DNA of 64,000 bases from Squalus acanthias (Eukaryota), in contig CM059432.1 in assembly GCA_030390025.1 (NCBI GenBank), forward strand, positions 87,422,001 through 87,486,000, written 5' to 3'. Numbering within the stretch: the stretch's first letter is position 1; each line of letters begins with the position of its first letter. Shown here one piece after another: positions 35,621 to 48,035 of this stretch. The translations under genes and the position numbers were made by a program. The notes under the pieces were generated by a model, which was not told the DNA's origin, searched no databases, and was given only the letters and a program-made list of their open reading frames with translations.

Positions 35621-38039
35621 GGCTTGAGACCAATGTTCCCACTAATTCTTTTTGTATTGAGTGGGCCACGAACTCCTTTGAGCGCGACCTTTTTGTCCGT
35701 GGGCAAGTTTTACAACTACACCTTTTACAACAACAACAACTTTTACACAACGACAGCAACAGCAACCACTTAAAAGCATATATACAGTAATGCCATATTG
35801 CCACCCCACCATCTCAAATCATGAGACAATCAGACAAACTCTTAAAAATCATGAAATCAGTTGCTTTTTCTTGATTTATAAACCTTATTAGTGGCTTTAT
35901 TTAATCTTTAGCAGGTCACAGCTCTTACAAAAGCTATATTACACATGTCTCATGTTAGAATTTGCTTTGTCAGGTGCCCCATCAACGTTAATCATCTCGG
36001 GGTAATTGTCCGATTAGGATATGCTAATATTGGAGATTAGTAGGGACAGTGGTGGAGTAAGAAGAAGCAGACGGGTCAGCAACATCCCATGTGAGGTGTT
36101 AATAGCAGATTGGCCAGAACAATGGAGGCACTGAAGCTAACACATTAACAACTATTAGCAAGGCCACATTAACTATCTGAGATTGTCCAGGTCATCTCCT
36201 GTTCCTTTGTAAATTCAGTCAAGAAACATCAGGTTAAATTGATTAGCAGTTAAAAAAATCAAGATGGCCATTATGTCAAGGTCTGGAGGTTTGGTGAGAA
36301 GGAACCTTACTTCAATATACATTCTGGCCAAAGTCTCACACATCCCATGCTACCTCAATCAGGTTAGACAGACACGATTTGCTTTCAACAAATCCGTGCT
36401 GGCTGTCCCTTATTAATCGATCTGAACTACAGGAGCAGATTTAACGTCCCATCCCAAAAACAAATAGATCGGATATAATGAAAGGAAAACACTTGATGAA
36501 CCAAATGAATTGTTCTGTTAAGTATTCTCATTAGTACACCAGACATTAGCAATAATTTTTTTCCAACATTTGTTGGGAGGTGGTGAGAAACTAAAACTGC
36601 CGTTAACGTGCACTCAGTGCTAACAGAAACCCGTATGAGACTCATGCCTCACGCCTTTCGTACCCTCAATTATCTCTTAGGTTATACCCGCACTTTTCAT
36701 TGAAGTGCGCCCAAAACCACTTTCCATGGGAGCAAAAGCGCTTGTAGAACTGCCACCTAATTTAAGATTAAAAAGTGCTTCCCTCCTCCTCCCGCCTTGG
36801 TATTGTTCGGCTTTAAACAGACACTCATTCACATCAACATTTCCAGTTCAGGACCGACTTCTTGGGTTACACATCCACAGCTCACCTTTGTCTGCATTAC
36901 ACCGCATGAATTGAAACATGAAACATAAAAAAAAGTTTGCCTGAAGAGGTTCACCAAGACACTCACTGTCTAGAGAGCAGGATAATTTTTTTTTGAAAAA
37001 GTTAACCTAAAACTAAATATATTCCAAATATAAGATAATAAAAATATAACTGTATTCACTATCCTGCCGACCGTGCACATTGAGATCCTCAACTTTCTCC
37101 GATCAATAACCGGCTCCCGCTGTGTGTTGTTCCAAAGTGTGGCCAGAGACTGCCTTCCTGTGCAGAGCATGCGAGGAGCAGGTCCAGGAAACTGAGTGGG
37201 GGCGAGCGCAGGCCTCAGCAACACTGAGTGTGCATCTCAGGCCCCGAATCAGAGCCGCCAGGCCCTGCGGACGTGTGGCGAGGGCCCCGGCACCATTAAA
37301 TCGCTGCTCCAGCACCTCCCCTATCCTACCCGCTGTTTCCTGGTTTCTTCACCCGTTTCCACTGAGTCCGACTCTGTTTCTCTCTTTTGAGAATGCACCG
37401 TGGCCCTGGGCAGCATGCGCACTGTCAGCGTGGAAATCAGCATGGTGGATAGAGCGGTTGTTGGGGCGCAGAGAATTGTGGGTCCTGCAGCCACCATTCG
37501 TCAGCAGTTGTCCGAGACAATGCTCACCGGGTTCCAGGGCTCTGTATGTTAGCAAATGCTGTTCCAATTCGGATCGGCTGTGTGAGGTCCCAAACGACTC
37601 TCCCTGTGAGGATTCCCGGGTTATTCTCTCATCGCTGTGATTTTTTCCCGCTTGTTGGGTATTGGGCCCTTCCCCTTGCTCCGGCTGCCCAGCTCACTGC
37701 ATGTCCTGTGAATTTAAGTGTGTGGGACCTTCCAGCTGGCTGCTCAACCGTGCACCTGCGCACCTTACAGGGACCATTGCTCGAGCCTGCTATCTAAAAT
37801 GACAGCCTTGCTTTAAGAAAAGGCAACCTCGCTCCAGGGTCGCTACAGCCGCACTACATTGGGCCTCCTGCTGAGTGCACAGCCTGAAGCAGCGGGTTGG
37901 TCACTCGGATGTGCGCTGCAATCATTCAAATCAGTAGACAGCACCAAAATAATGGTGTTGCCTGTGCTCTTTTTACGGGCGTGACCAAACCTCGCCCCAC
38001 GTTGGCACCGACCATTTTCTGGCCTTATCAAATGTCTAG

Positions 38040-38270
38040 GCATTAGTTTTTCCTTGTTGTTATGATCTAGAATGCACTGTCTGAAAGGGTGGTGGAAGCA
38101 AATTCAATTGTAACTTTTATAAGGGAATTGGATAAATACTTGGAAAGGAAAAATTTGCATGGCTATGGAGAAAGAGCAGGGGAGTGGGACTAATTGGACA
38201 GCTACTTCAAAGAGCCGGCGCAGGCACGCTGGGCCGAAGGGCCGCCTTCTGTGCTGTATGATTCTATAAT
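38040..38270 (+). mobile_element. CR1 3' fragment
   Basis: Degenerate C-terminal RT codons followed by a CR1-type 3' UTR ending TGATTCTAT. Confidence 0.7.
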
Positions 38271-38785
38271 TCAAGCCTCATTGCTTTGTTACATTGTGCA
38301 ATTCCCTATTAAAAGCTTGGTTTGAATCTGCCCGTATTTCCAAATTATGGCCATTGAGTGGTTCTGCACTAAATAACCTTGGTTAGTTCATACATACTGC
38401 AGGCACAGTGTGCAAATGATGGAGGGGGTGGATACTGATTTCAGTGGCAGGAGCACTAATGAAGTGTACTGCTGTGACCTGGATGGCGATGAGCTTCTTG
38501 AGTGCTGTTGCAGCTGCACCCTTCCAGACAAGTGGTGATTATTCCATCAGACTCCTTATTTAAGCCTTGCAGTGGAAAGGCTTTGAGGGTTCAGGAAGTG
38601 AGCCACTTGGCAGGGAACTTGGTGATGATGGTGCCATTGAAGGTCATAAGGACATGGTTGGGCTTTCTCTTGTTCAAAATGATCTGCTCTCATGCATATT
38701 ACTGGTCATCCTGCAACTGGGGTTGGCTTCTCCTCTTTCTCTGCTCCTGCTACACCAGGTGCCTCTTCCTCATCCTGCTTACCTC

Positions 38786-38821
38786 TACCTGACGAAGGGG
38801 CAGCAGCGCCGAAAGCTCGTA
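38786..38821 (+). ncRNA. Minimal hammerhead ribozyme motif in a Penelope pLTR fragment
   Basis: TAC-CTGACGA-AGGGGCAGCAGCGCC-GAAA-GCTC-GTA; downstream sequence matches 20390-20431. Confidence 0.6.
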
Positions 38822-39129
38822 ATTTTAAATAAAACTGTTGGACTATAACCTGGTGTTGTGCGACTTCTCATTTTTGTCCACCCCAGTCCAACACCGGCAT
38901 CTCCGCATCATGACATCCTGCTGCATGAGAGAGAGAGCGTGCTTACTCTTCGTGTGTTGGATGTTACATAGCTTTGCAATACAATGATTATTTTGGACAC
39001 CTTTGTTGAGAATGGAGGGACACCCAAATAGTCCAAATGGTGAGCTCCACAGTAATTCTGGTTGTTTTTCTAATTCTGTTCTTTTGTTATTTGGGGGTTT
39101 CTCATTAGGTTCATCAGCCATGGCTGCAG

Positions 39130-39600
39130 AGAATAGCCCTGGTCTGCTAACAGCTATCTGTTCAGTTTATTTAAGCCTTCAAGTAATACGGGCACAATGG
39201 ACTGCCGCATAATGAACCCATCATGGGTAATTCCTCGATAATGGGCATTTAGTTGCATTATGATGTTTCTGCTGTCAGACAATATCAGGATATTAAATGA
39301 ATGGAAACCTATTCTGTTCATATAGGCAACAGGATTGATGTAAGGAGCCCTGATGGCCATGCGGGAGCCATTTACTATGCCTTTGGACTTTTTTTTCAAA
39401 CCTTGCCAATTGGTGATACTTCTGTGCTGGTGCCTCCTGTAGTACAGTATTGCTCCTTGTAAGCATAGCGGCTATCACTTCCTTCATACCAGCTGGTCTT
39501 GCCGATTCCCCCTTGTGGTGGCTTGGAAGGATCCAAGAGTATAAATACTTAATGCGGTGGTAACCTTCGCAGATAGGGTTAGCTGTCCCTATGGTTGAAA
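39130..39600 (-). pseudogene. Old Harbinger transposase remnant
   Basis: MAIRAPYINPVAYMNRIGFHSFN...NAHYRGITHDGFIMRQS. Confidence 0.75.
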
Positions 39601-40498
39601 TTGTCTGTGGGTCAACTTGGAGCTCTGTGACAACCCCTGTGCTGAACTGGAGATGGCAAAGACTGATCTCTGATTTGTGAAAGCAGGAGCATTGAGGTGT
39701 TTAATGCAGGCCCTGATGGGTGTGGACATAATGGGGCAGGTTTTCCTGTTCTTGAACCTGGTTGTATTGGATTGCCTGGTTGCAGTGCAGAAAGGAGGAT
39801 CAGGTGAGCAGGACCACACGCACACACGTAAGGGAGCCTGCCTGGTTTTTCATTTGTTAATTTAAATGGACGGTAAACTCCCTGTCGAGCTGCTCACTGG
39901 CTTTCTGTAGCTGACATTGTGGTGTATTTTCCTCCGTTCACTAATGTTAGCAATAAAGTTCATGTGTGTGTAAAGAGTTTTTTTTCTATATTAGAAAATG
40001 GAGGAAAATATCAACTGTATGAGTCCTTGCAGAAGAGCGAGCCCAGAAATGACAAGTCTTCACCAGGAAGGAAAGAAGAATCAAACTACAAATATGTATT
40101 TTATCTCTTTTAACATTTTTTATCATACCTAAGTGAGGAGGAGTATGTTAAGGATTTTATAACTAGTGCTGTTCTCATATGTGCTTGCACCAAATTTCAT
40201 GGCATTAAACCAAATGCATTAAAAAGTACACAGCGAGATTTAGCACAAGTATGTCAAGCATTGTATGGGATTGGCACCAGTTAGAAAATATACCCCATAT
40301 TCCTTATCCAATAATCTTAAAGTCAAATTCCTATTATGTATTCCCTGGTTTTGCTCTTTTAATCTAGAAGAACACGAGGACCTGCTTATCTCACATGCAT
40401 CTTCATGATAAGAAAATAGTTAGGGGAAAAATTCATCCCCTTAGCTCCTCCCGTTAGCGGCAGCAGATGGTGCTAACGGGGCGCTAGAGCATTATCGC

Positions 40499-40531
40499 CG
40501 AGGCGAGGCGAGGCGAGGCGAGGCGAGGCGA
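40499..40531. repeat. (CGAGG)n microsatellite
   Basis: About 6.5 tandem pentamers. Confidence 0.9.
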
Positions 40532-43500
40532 ATCCAGCGCCACACGCTAAATCTCACAGCCCGTAACGCTGCCAGTCGCAGTTATCGCCGGGAGCCTCAA
40601 CGCCAGGTGGATCGTGACGTCAGTGAGTGTGCAATGCTCACTGAGCGCCCGATCTGCAAAATTGATTGTCGCCACCTACCTTAGCGCCTTGAGTAAACAG
40701 CGACAGGGAGAGTTGGCGTGAAGCAGCAGGAAGTCGGTTCCAGGGACGTTATTTAAAGAGATCATCAGTAATGAGCCGCAGCTGTAGGTTAGTGGAGTTT
40801 CAGCGGTTTCTTGTCAGTTTCACATAGTCCAACAGTTCCATTCAGTAATTTCAAGGTTATTTTGTATCAGGAGTGTTGTGGCAACTAAAAAGTAGCTACA
40901 TTTATTCTCAAAAAAATCTAACTGCTACACTTGGTTACATTAATGGGGGCTATACAGGTAGTCAACCTCGCCCTCCAGGATCTACGGCAGAGGAAGCGGA
41001 AGCAGCGAGAAAGACTGGAACATGTGCCCAGAGGGAGGAGGAGGGCCATCTGGGCTGTCAACAGGAGACCTTACCCTCCGAGGGTATTCCGAGAGCACTT
41101 CTCCTATCTCCAATTAAGCGAAGAGCAGTGTATTAGAAGGCTCACTTCACCAAGGAGGTGGTCACAGAACTCTGCCACCTCCTGCAACCAGACCTCCAGC
41201 CTCAGATCAGGGTGACCACAGCTCTCCCAGTGACAGTCAAGGTCACCGTTGCCCTCAATTTCTTCGCCAGCGGATCCTTCCAGTCTGCAACAGGAGACAT
41301 AGCTAACATCTCGCAGTTTGCCGTCAACTGCTGCATCCGGGAGGTCAGAGAGGCTCTCTACAGTAGGAGAAGGGGCTACATTTCTTTCCCCATCACCAGA
41401 GAGAATCAGGACAAGCGTGCATGTGGCTTTGCCAGGATAGCGGGATTCCCCTTGGTGCAGGGCGTGATTTACTGCACCCACGTGGCTTTGCGGGCACCGC
41501 ATAGCAATCCTGAGATCTTACGTAACCACAAAGGCTACCACTCACTTCATGTGCATTTGCTGTGTGACCACAGACAGCGAATCCTCAATGTCAATGCCCG
41601 CTATCCTGGCAGCAGTGGCTGCAGCAGGGCTGGTGGAAGGCTGCTGAGTGTCCGTACGGGAGACTTCAGATGGCCTGGCAGGACGCCCTTGACCAGCTCC
41701 AGGCCTGGAAGGCCCGGCTGTAGACTGCACCACCTCAGCATGGGCGGCAGCAGTCTGGGCTGGCTAGATGACAGGCAATGACAAGGGCAATGGCGGAGTG
41801 GCAGTGGTGGGAGCAGGAATGCTGTCATCCTGAGAGAGGACAGCAGCTTCCTGCTCCACTGACCCACTGCCACTCCCCTGGCGCAGCACCTCAGCATCCC
41901 TAGCAATCTGTTGGAGCACAGATTGCTGGCCTGCTGCGACAGCATGAAAGCCCCGGTCGATGGTGGTAGACCCAGCCATGGTGGTAGCAGTCAGAGCTTG
42001 CGTGGCATCAAGCTGAGATTGCATGCGAGCAGTCTGAGATTGGAAGCCACCAACCATAGACTGCATTCAGAACTAAGACATTGCATCGCTTCTGCCTGTG
42101 CTGCAATAGAAGCTGCCAGATCGCCCATCACACGCAGCACTAGGTCTGGGTTGCCAGTCTCTCTGGGAGTCCACCATCCTTTGCAGACTGGAAATGATGG
42201 GCTCCATGGTGTGCACAGAGCCTTGTGAAATGTTGGAGGCGGACTCCTCCACACTCATTGCCATTGCACCTATCATCTCGGTGTGCATGCCCATCACCCT
42301 TCTTCTAAAGCCTCCCCATCGAGGTCCTCATCTGAGTCCTGTGCCGCAGAACTCGCGCGCGAACGCACCCTCCAGGGAGCTGGCCCCCGAGCTACCCTTT
42401 CCCCCTGGCCTTGCTGCAGCCCACTCGTCCCCGGTGCCTCACCCTGTGCAGATCCCACTACTATACTAGCCTCTAAAAAATGCGTAGTGCCAGTATCTGA
42501 GCTGGTGCCTGCGGGTGAGACATGCAGTGACGCGGTGTGTTCTTCCTCCTCCGCTTCTCGCGCCTCGCTCTCAACGGTGCCCTCAAGGACAGGCTGCTCA
42601 GGTGCTTGCTCATCATCTGAAAGTTTAAAGGCACAAGAGTCGGGTTAAGGAGAGGGGAGGGGGGCAGGAAGGGAGAAATGCATGCATACAGCATGATTAG
42701 CTGGAAAGTGCGAATCGCTTGTGGGGTGAGGGGGAAGTGGGATGTAAGAAGAAGGAGTAGGGATGAACATACCGTTGTTGTCCCCAATGGGGTCAACGTC
42801 GCTGGTGGCCACGGCGCCCACCACCTGGTGCCCAATAATCTGCAGAACTCTATTCTCCAGCGCAGACAGTGGTTGGGTGTTGGCTTGTCCCCTGCCTGTG
42901 CGTTCCTGCTCCCTCTTGTTGTGAGCCACCTTGGCCTGCAAGAGAAAGGAAAGTGTGTGAGTGAGTGTGGAGCAATGTGTTTGGGTGATGTGCCTGTCAT
43001 AATTGAATAGCTGTCATTGTGTGCAAAGTGTGAGATGTGGGTATGAGATTGTTGGTGAGTGAGTGCTGGGGATGTGGTGCTCTGGGCAGTGTGTGAAGAT
43101 TGTGGTAGAGATGGTGGTATGTAGCATTTGTTGAAGCCTTCACTCACCCTAACCACCCGAGTGAGGTCATTAAATTTCTTCCTGCACTGTGTGTGGGTCC
43201 TGGGGACCACAGTGCTGCCCGAGATGTGCTGCGCTTGCTCCTTCCATATGGTTCGGAAGACTTGCGGCGAGGTCCTCCTGCCAGTTGCCGGGTAGAGCAC
43301 CGCCCTCCGTCCCTCCACAGCGAACACCAAAGCCTCCAAAGCTTGATTGCAGAATCTGCGAGTTCTCTCCCTGGGGTGTGGATCTGCCATGAGTACAGCT
43401 GCTTGAGTCATCCGGCTCCTTCTACTTGCCCTGCTTCTGCTTGCTGAGGCTGCTGCACAGCCAGCAATGCTGAGAATGAGGTTACAGCAGCATCAATAAA

Positions 43501-43968
43501 CCTCCCCTTTAAATACTGAAAAAAGCCTGTGGCAATGATGGCTTGCGATTAAACTGCACCCGATATTGGTCCATCCTTTGAATGTAACGCCAATGAGCTT
43601 GGGCTTTAAGGGGGAAAAATTAGGTCGCGCCCCATTTGGGGCGCAAATATCGTCTGGACGCAAATATTAGCGCCTGGCGCTAATTATCGGCACTGACTGG
43701 AAACTTCACTTTTACCGCCCCGGGAGGTGAGTGGAGCGCTAAATCAGGCGCTGCACACCTGTCTTAAGGCGCAAAGGCCGAGCAGTGAGGCGCTAACTCA
43801 GCGCGCGAGCGCAGCGCAGCTGCTGCCAGTTAGCGAGGGAACACAGACACACTGGCGCTGGCCAGTTCTTAAAGCGGGGGGGGCCAACTTGCTCCCCAGC
43901 CACACCCTGCTCATTGCAGCCTTGAATCTCGGCCTGGAGAGACCTGTGAATCCATTTTGCTGCCAAGG

Positions 43969-45788
43969 ATGGAGAGGGTGAGAGAACGAGCTCATCGCTT
44001 CACCGAGCGGGCCTTGGATGCTCTGGTTGGCGCGGTGGAGCGCAGAAGATGTATACTCTTCCCTGAGAGTGGCAGGAGGCCTTTGCCACGCGAGTTCAGA
44101 AGAGTGCGGAGGGAGGTGGCTCAGAGCGTCTCCTCCAGGAGCATGGTGCCCAGGACCCATACTCAATGCCGCAAAAAGTTCAACGACCTCACTCTGGTCG
44201 TCAGGGTGAGTGGCTTTTTCTCAATACCTCTCCATCCCTCCATCTCAACCTCACTCTATGGCCAGAGGGTCTTAAAACCCCAATGCACAACACTCATCCA
44301 ACACCTATGGCCCTTTCATGAAACACACACACACATTCCACACTTTGCATACAGTAAGGGCTATTCACCTATGGGAGGCACATCAGGCAAGACCATGGCT
44401 GCATACAGTAAGGGCTATTCACCTATGGGAGGCACATCAGGCAAGACCATGGCTGTATATTTACTCAGATGCTGTCCTTTTTCTTACAGGCCAAGCTGGC
44501 GCATAATCGGAGACAGCAGCAACGGACAGGTGGAGGGCGGCCTCAGCTGCAACCCCTCAGCGATCTTGAGGAGTGCGTCCACAGGATTGTGGCAAGCCGG
44601 GTGATCGGTCCCGTCGCCACTGGAGACGCCGACCCCGTTCTGGACAGCAATGGTAAGGTCATCACCTTTTTGTCCTCTGTCCTTCCACTTGTCCCTCACA
44701 ACACCAGCCTTTGACACTTTCAATCCAACTTGCTAACTCGCTGCACTTATTCCTCCCTTACTGCCACCCTGTCCTCACGCTAAAGCCACTCTTGTACCTC
44801 CCTGCTTTCAGATGGTGATTCACCAGCTGAGGAGACGGGCCCTGAAGCTGCCACTGGGAGTGATGCTGCAGCTGAGGAGGAAGAGGAAGCCGGAGCATCA
44901 GTGCCAGCCTCTCCCGAGGAAGCCCATGCCCACACTGGGAACACGCCTTCCCTGGAGGGGAGCAGGGGGGAAGGGTCTGATGAGGGTGAAGCTCCAGGAC
45001 CCAGCGGGCTGCAGCAACGCCATGGGGGTAGGGAAGAACGGGGGCCTTCTCCCCAGAGGGAGAGTATGCCAGACACTCCTACTGCAATGGACGCAGAGGA
45101 GGAGCGGCTGATCGCAGAAATGAACACCCAGGCGGTGGGCATGCACACTGAGCTCATGGGTGCAGTGGGAAGGGTGCCCGAATGCATTGAGTCACTGGCA
45201 AGGAGTGTGGAGCACTTCGCTGTAGCACAGGCGGATGCCACACTAACGCTTAGTGCTGCAATTCAGTCACTGGCTGCCGTGATCCCATCTCTGACTGCTC
45301 TCATGCAGACTCAGATTGAGGCCACGCGAGCACAGACTGCTGCCAACCTCGATGGTTCGTTCACATGTCCCTGGGGCTGTCACCGCGCCGCAGCAGGCCA
45401 GCAATCTGTTCTCCAGCAGATTGCTTCGGATGCTGAAGTGCTGCCCCATGGGAGTGCCAGTGTGTCGGGCGAGCAGGGAGTTGCTGTCCTCTCTCACGAT
45501 GACAGCATTCCTGCTGCCAACACTGTCACTTCTCCACTGCACTTGCCACCGCCTGTAGGACAGACTGCTGCCGCCCATGCAGAGTTGGTGCAGTCTGCAG
45601 CCGGGCCCTCCAGGCCCAGAACTGGTCGAGGCCGTCCTTCAGGGGCATCTGCAGTGTCAGGGTCTGACGAGCAGCAGCCTTCCACCAGCCTTGCTGCAGC
45701 CACTGAGGTCCCATTACGGAGGAGCAGTAGGGTTAGAAGGGGGGAAGTGCGCAAGGGAAGGAGATCACCCTCGAAGGGCAAAAAGTAG
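43969..45788 (+). CDS. Harbinger Myb/SANT-like DNA-binding protein; exons 43969-44205, 44490-44652, 44812-45788 (458 aa)
   Basis: GT-AG introns in phase 0 and 1 join into a stop-free frame; RFTERALDALV...TQCRKKFNDL, RTGGG motif, basic C-terminus. Confidence 0.88.
44346..44453. repeat. 54-bp tandem duplication in Myb intron 1
   Basis: TGCATACAGTAAGGGC...AAGACCATGGC twice. Confidence 0.9.
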
Positions 45789-46100
45789 GAGGTGTGACAA
45801 AATGCTGGTCATTTTTTTATTAAAGGTCGAGGTTCATGGTCCAACTTTTGTTTAGTGTTTTGGACATTATCTCCAGGTTGTGAGAACCAGTTATGTTATT
45901 GACTGTTTTTTTGTGTTTATTTCTATGAGTTTGTCATGAGGAATTGACACACACAGAGTTTGTAAAATAAATAAGTTTCTGTATTCAAAATATACATGGT
46001 TGGTGGTTGGAATTATTGGTGCCTTGGCCGGCTTAGGGGTTGCGTGCTGGGTTCATTAATGTTGTTAGCAATGGCAGAAGCCATTTCCACAGCAGGGGCC

Positions 46101-47261
46101 CTAGAAGCGGCTTGCTATTAGCCGTTGACGGACGGCCCTTGCAGTTTCACCATTGTGGGCCGCCCTCCCGCCTTGGTGCTGCTGATGATCATCCTCCTCG
46201 TCCTCTTCCTCCTCTTCCTCCTCCTCCTCTGGTGGTGCTCCAAGGCCTGGTGGCATTGGCTGGGTCCTGAGGATTGCCATGTTATGCAACATGCAGCACA
46301 CGACTACGAAGTTGGATACTCGCTCAGGCGAGTACTGCAGGGCTCCTCCAGAATGGTCGAGACAGCGGAACCGTTGCTTCAGCACGCCGATTGTGCGCTC
46401 AATTATGTTCCTGGTAGCTTGATGGCTCTCATTGTACCGCAGCTCAGCAGGGGTGTTGGGCGTACGGAGCGGTGTCATCAGCCAGGTGCTCAATGCATAC
46501 CCCTTGTCCCCGAGAAGCCAACCAACTGGCTGATGCGGTGCCTCGAAAAGTTCTGCCACAGTAGTCTGGCGCAGGATAAAAGCATCGTGGCAGCTGCCAG
46601 GATAGTGGGCATTGACAGCAAGTATCAGCTGTCTGTGGTCACAGACCAACTGAACATTCAAGGAATGGAACCCCTTTCTGTTCCGGAATTCCTCGGCATT
46701 CTCATGCGGAGCACGCAAAGCCACATGCGTGCAGTCAATGGCGCCCTGCACCATGGGGAAGCCCGCTACCCTCGCAAAGCCCAGAGCGCGGTCACGCTGC
46801 TTGTCTGGGGTCATGGGGAAAGAGATGAACTCTCGTCTCCTTTTAAAGAGGGCATTTGTGACCTGCCGGATGCAGCAATGCACCGCGAACTGGGAGATAT
46901 TGGCGAGGTCCCCAGCAGCAGCTTGAAATGAGCCAGTAGTGTAAAAGTTGAGAGCCACTGTGACCTTCACTGCCACCGACAGAGACGTCCTGGACCTCAG
47001 TTGAGGCTGCAGATCTGGCTGCAGCAGGTGGCAGAGCTCAGTGACCACCTCCTTGCTGAATCGCAGCGTTCGCAAACACAGCTCCTCAGACATATGAATG
47101 TAGGAGAGCTGTTCACGATATATCCTGGGAGGGTAAGCTCTCCTGTACATACGCCTGTTGGCCCTCCTCCGTCTGGCCATCATTGCCACTCTCTCTCTGC
47201 GTCTCTGTATCCTCCGATTCAGCTGGAGCAGGACGACGCCCCCAATCAGTGCAGCCCCCAT
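46101..47261 (-). CDS. Harbinger (HARBI1-like) DDE transposase, 386 aa from the first ATG
   Basis: Open frame with GAIDCTH, NRKGFHSLNVQ, PGSCHD, LLGDKGY, RNIIERTIGVLKQRFRCL, CCMLHN. Confidence 0.95.
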   Translation of the reverse strand: MGAALIGGVVLLQLNRRIQRRRERVAMMARRRRANRRMYRRAYPPRIYREQLSYIHMSEELCLRTLRFSKEVVTELCHLLQPDLQPQLRSRTSLSVAVKVTVALNFYTTGSFQAAAGDLANISQFAVHCCIRQVTNALFKRRREFISFPMTPDKQRDRALGFARVAGFPMVQGAIDCTHVALRAPHENAEEFRNRKGFHSLNVQLVCDHRQLILAVNAHYPGSCHDAFILRQTTVAELFEAPHQPVGWLLGDKGYALSTWLMTPLRTPNTPAELRYNESHQATRNIIERTIGVLKQRFRCLDHSGGALQYSPERVSNFVVVCCMLHNMAILRTQPMPPGLGAPPEEEEEEEEEDEEDDHQQHQGGRAAHNGETARAVRQRLIASRF

Positions 47262-48035
47262 ATTCTCTTTGCAAGCAAAGTAATGAAGGACAGCAACTAA
47301 AGTACCAGCGAAGTTAGGATCAGTAGGCAAAACTACCTCACAAAGCGTTGAATCAATGCAGAAGTCTCTCTTTCTCTCTCTCCGAATCTCTCTCTCTCTC
47401 TCAGAACGAGTGGTGCAAAAATGTCGACCACAGAAAAAGACAGGAAGAGGCCCCCTTTAAATAGCGCCCCCCCCCAGCCCCACAGCAATTGATAGCGTTC
47501 CAGTCTTCCAGTCATTGGATGCGCCAGGCGGTAAGGCAGGGGGCGCCACTCAATTTCCGCTCCGGGGCGCCACAAGGGCGTTGCACCATGGAATGACGTC
47601 ACAATCTGTGCGCGCAGGTGGTCGCAGCGGTAAGTTTTAGCGCCGCCGCACAATCTCTAGTTAAGTTCCCGAGCGGCGCAAACATCGCTGCGCCCGGGCG
47701 TTAGCGGCTTTGCGCCCCATTAGCGCCCTCTTAAGGCGCTAACGGGAGGCGCAACCAACTGAATTTTTACCCCATAGACTTGAATTAGGACTCCAATCAT
47801 TTTTTTGAGCAGCGAGCACGAATTTTGCGTGCAGTCTAAAGCATTAGCACCTGGCACTAATTCTCCAACTTTTCTACTGATACCGCCCATTCCGGGGCTA
47901 TAATGAATTTGTAGCCCATAAAGTCTTTAGCTAGTCATTTTGGCTGATATCCCACTGAGGCAGGGAATGCTTTCTAGGCTTTTTCAAACATTTCTTGTGG
48001 ATATTGGGGTACACCCACATGGCGACAGACATGTG

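Larger units (their letters stand above)
43610..47773 (+). mobile_element. Apparently intact autonomous PIF/Harbinger transposon
   Basis: TIRs GGGGGAAAAATT / AATTTTTACCCC; two convergent intact genes; flanks TAA/ATA (imperfect TSD). Confidence 0.93.
40423..47917 (+). mobile_element. Outer Harbinger element (internally deleted), host of the intact element
   Basis: Ends GGGGAAAAATTCAT / ATGAATTTGTAGCCC; transposase N-half about 40943-41612 (+, frameshifted); decayed 3-exon Myb gene on - (43390-43148, 42935-42773, 42616 to about 41612). Confidence 0.85.

Noticed and set aside
39995..40095. Possible plus-strand exon (NGGKYQLYESL...NYKY)
   Set aside because: Good acceptor but weak donor and no partner exons
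46101..47261. Domesticated host gene HARBI1
   Set aside because: It lies within TIRs beside a Myb partner gene and has several paralogous remnants in the window, so it is a transposon gene
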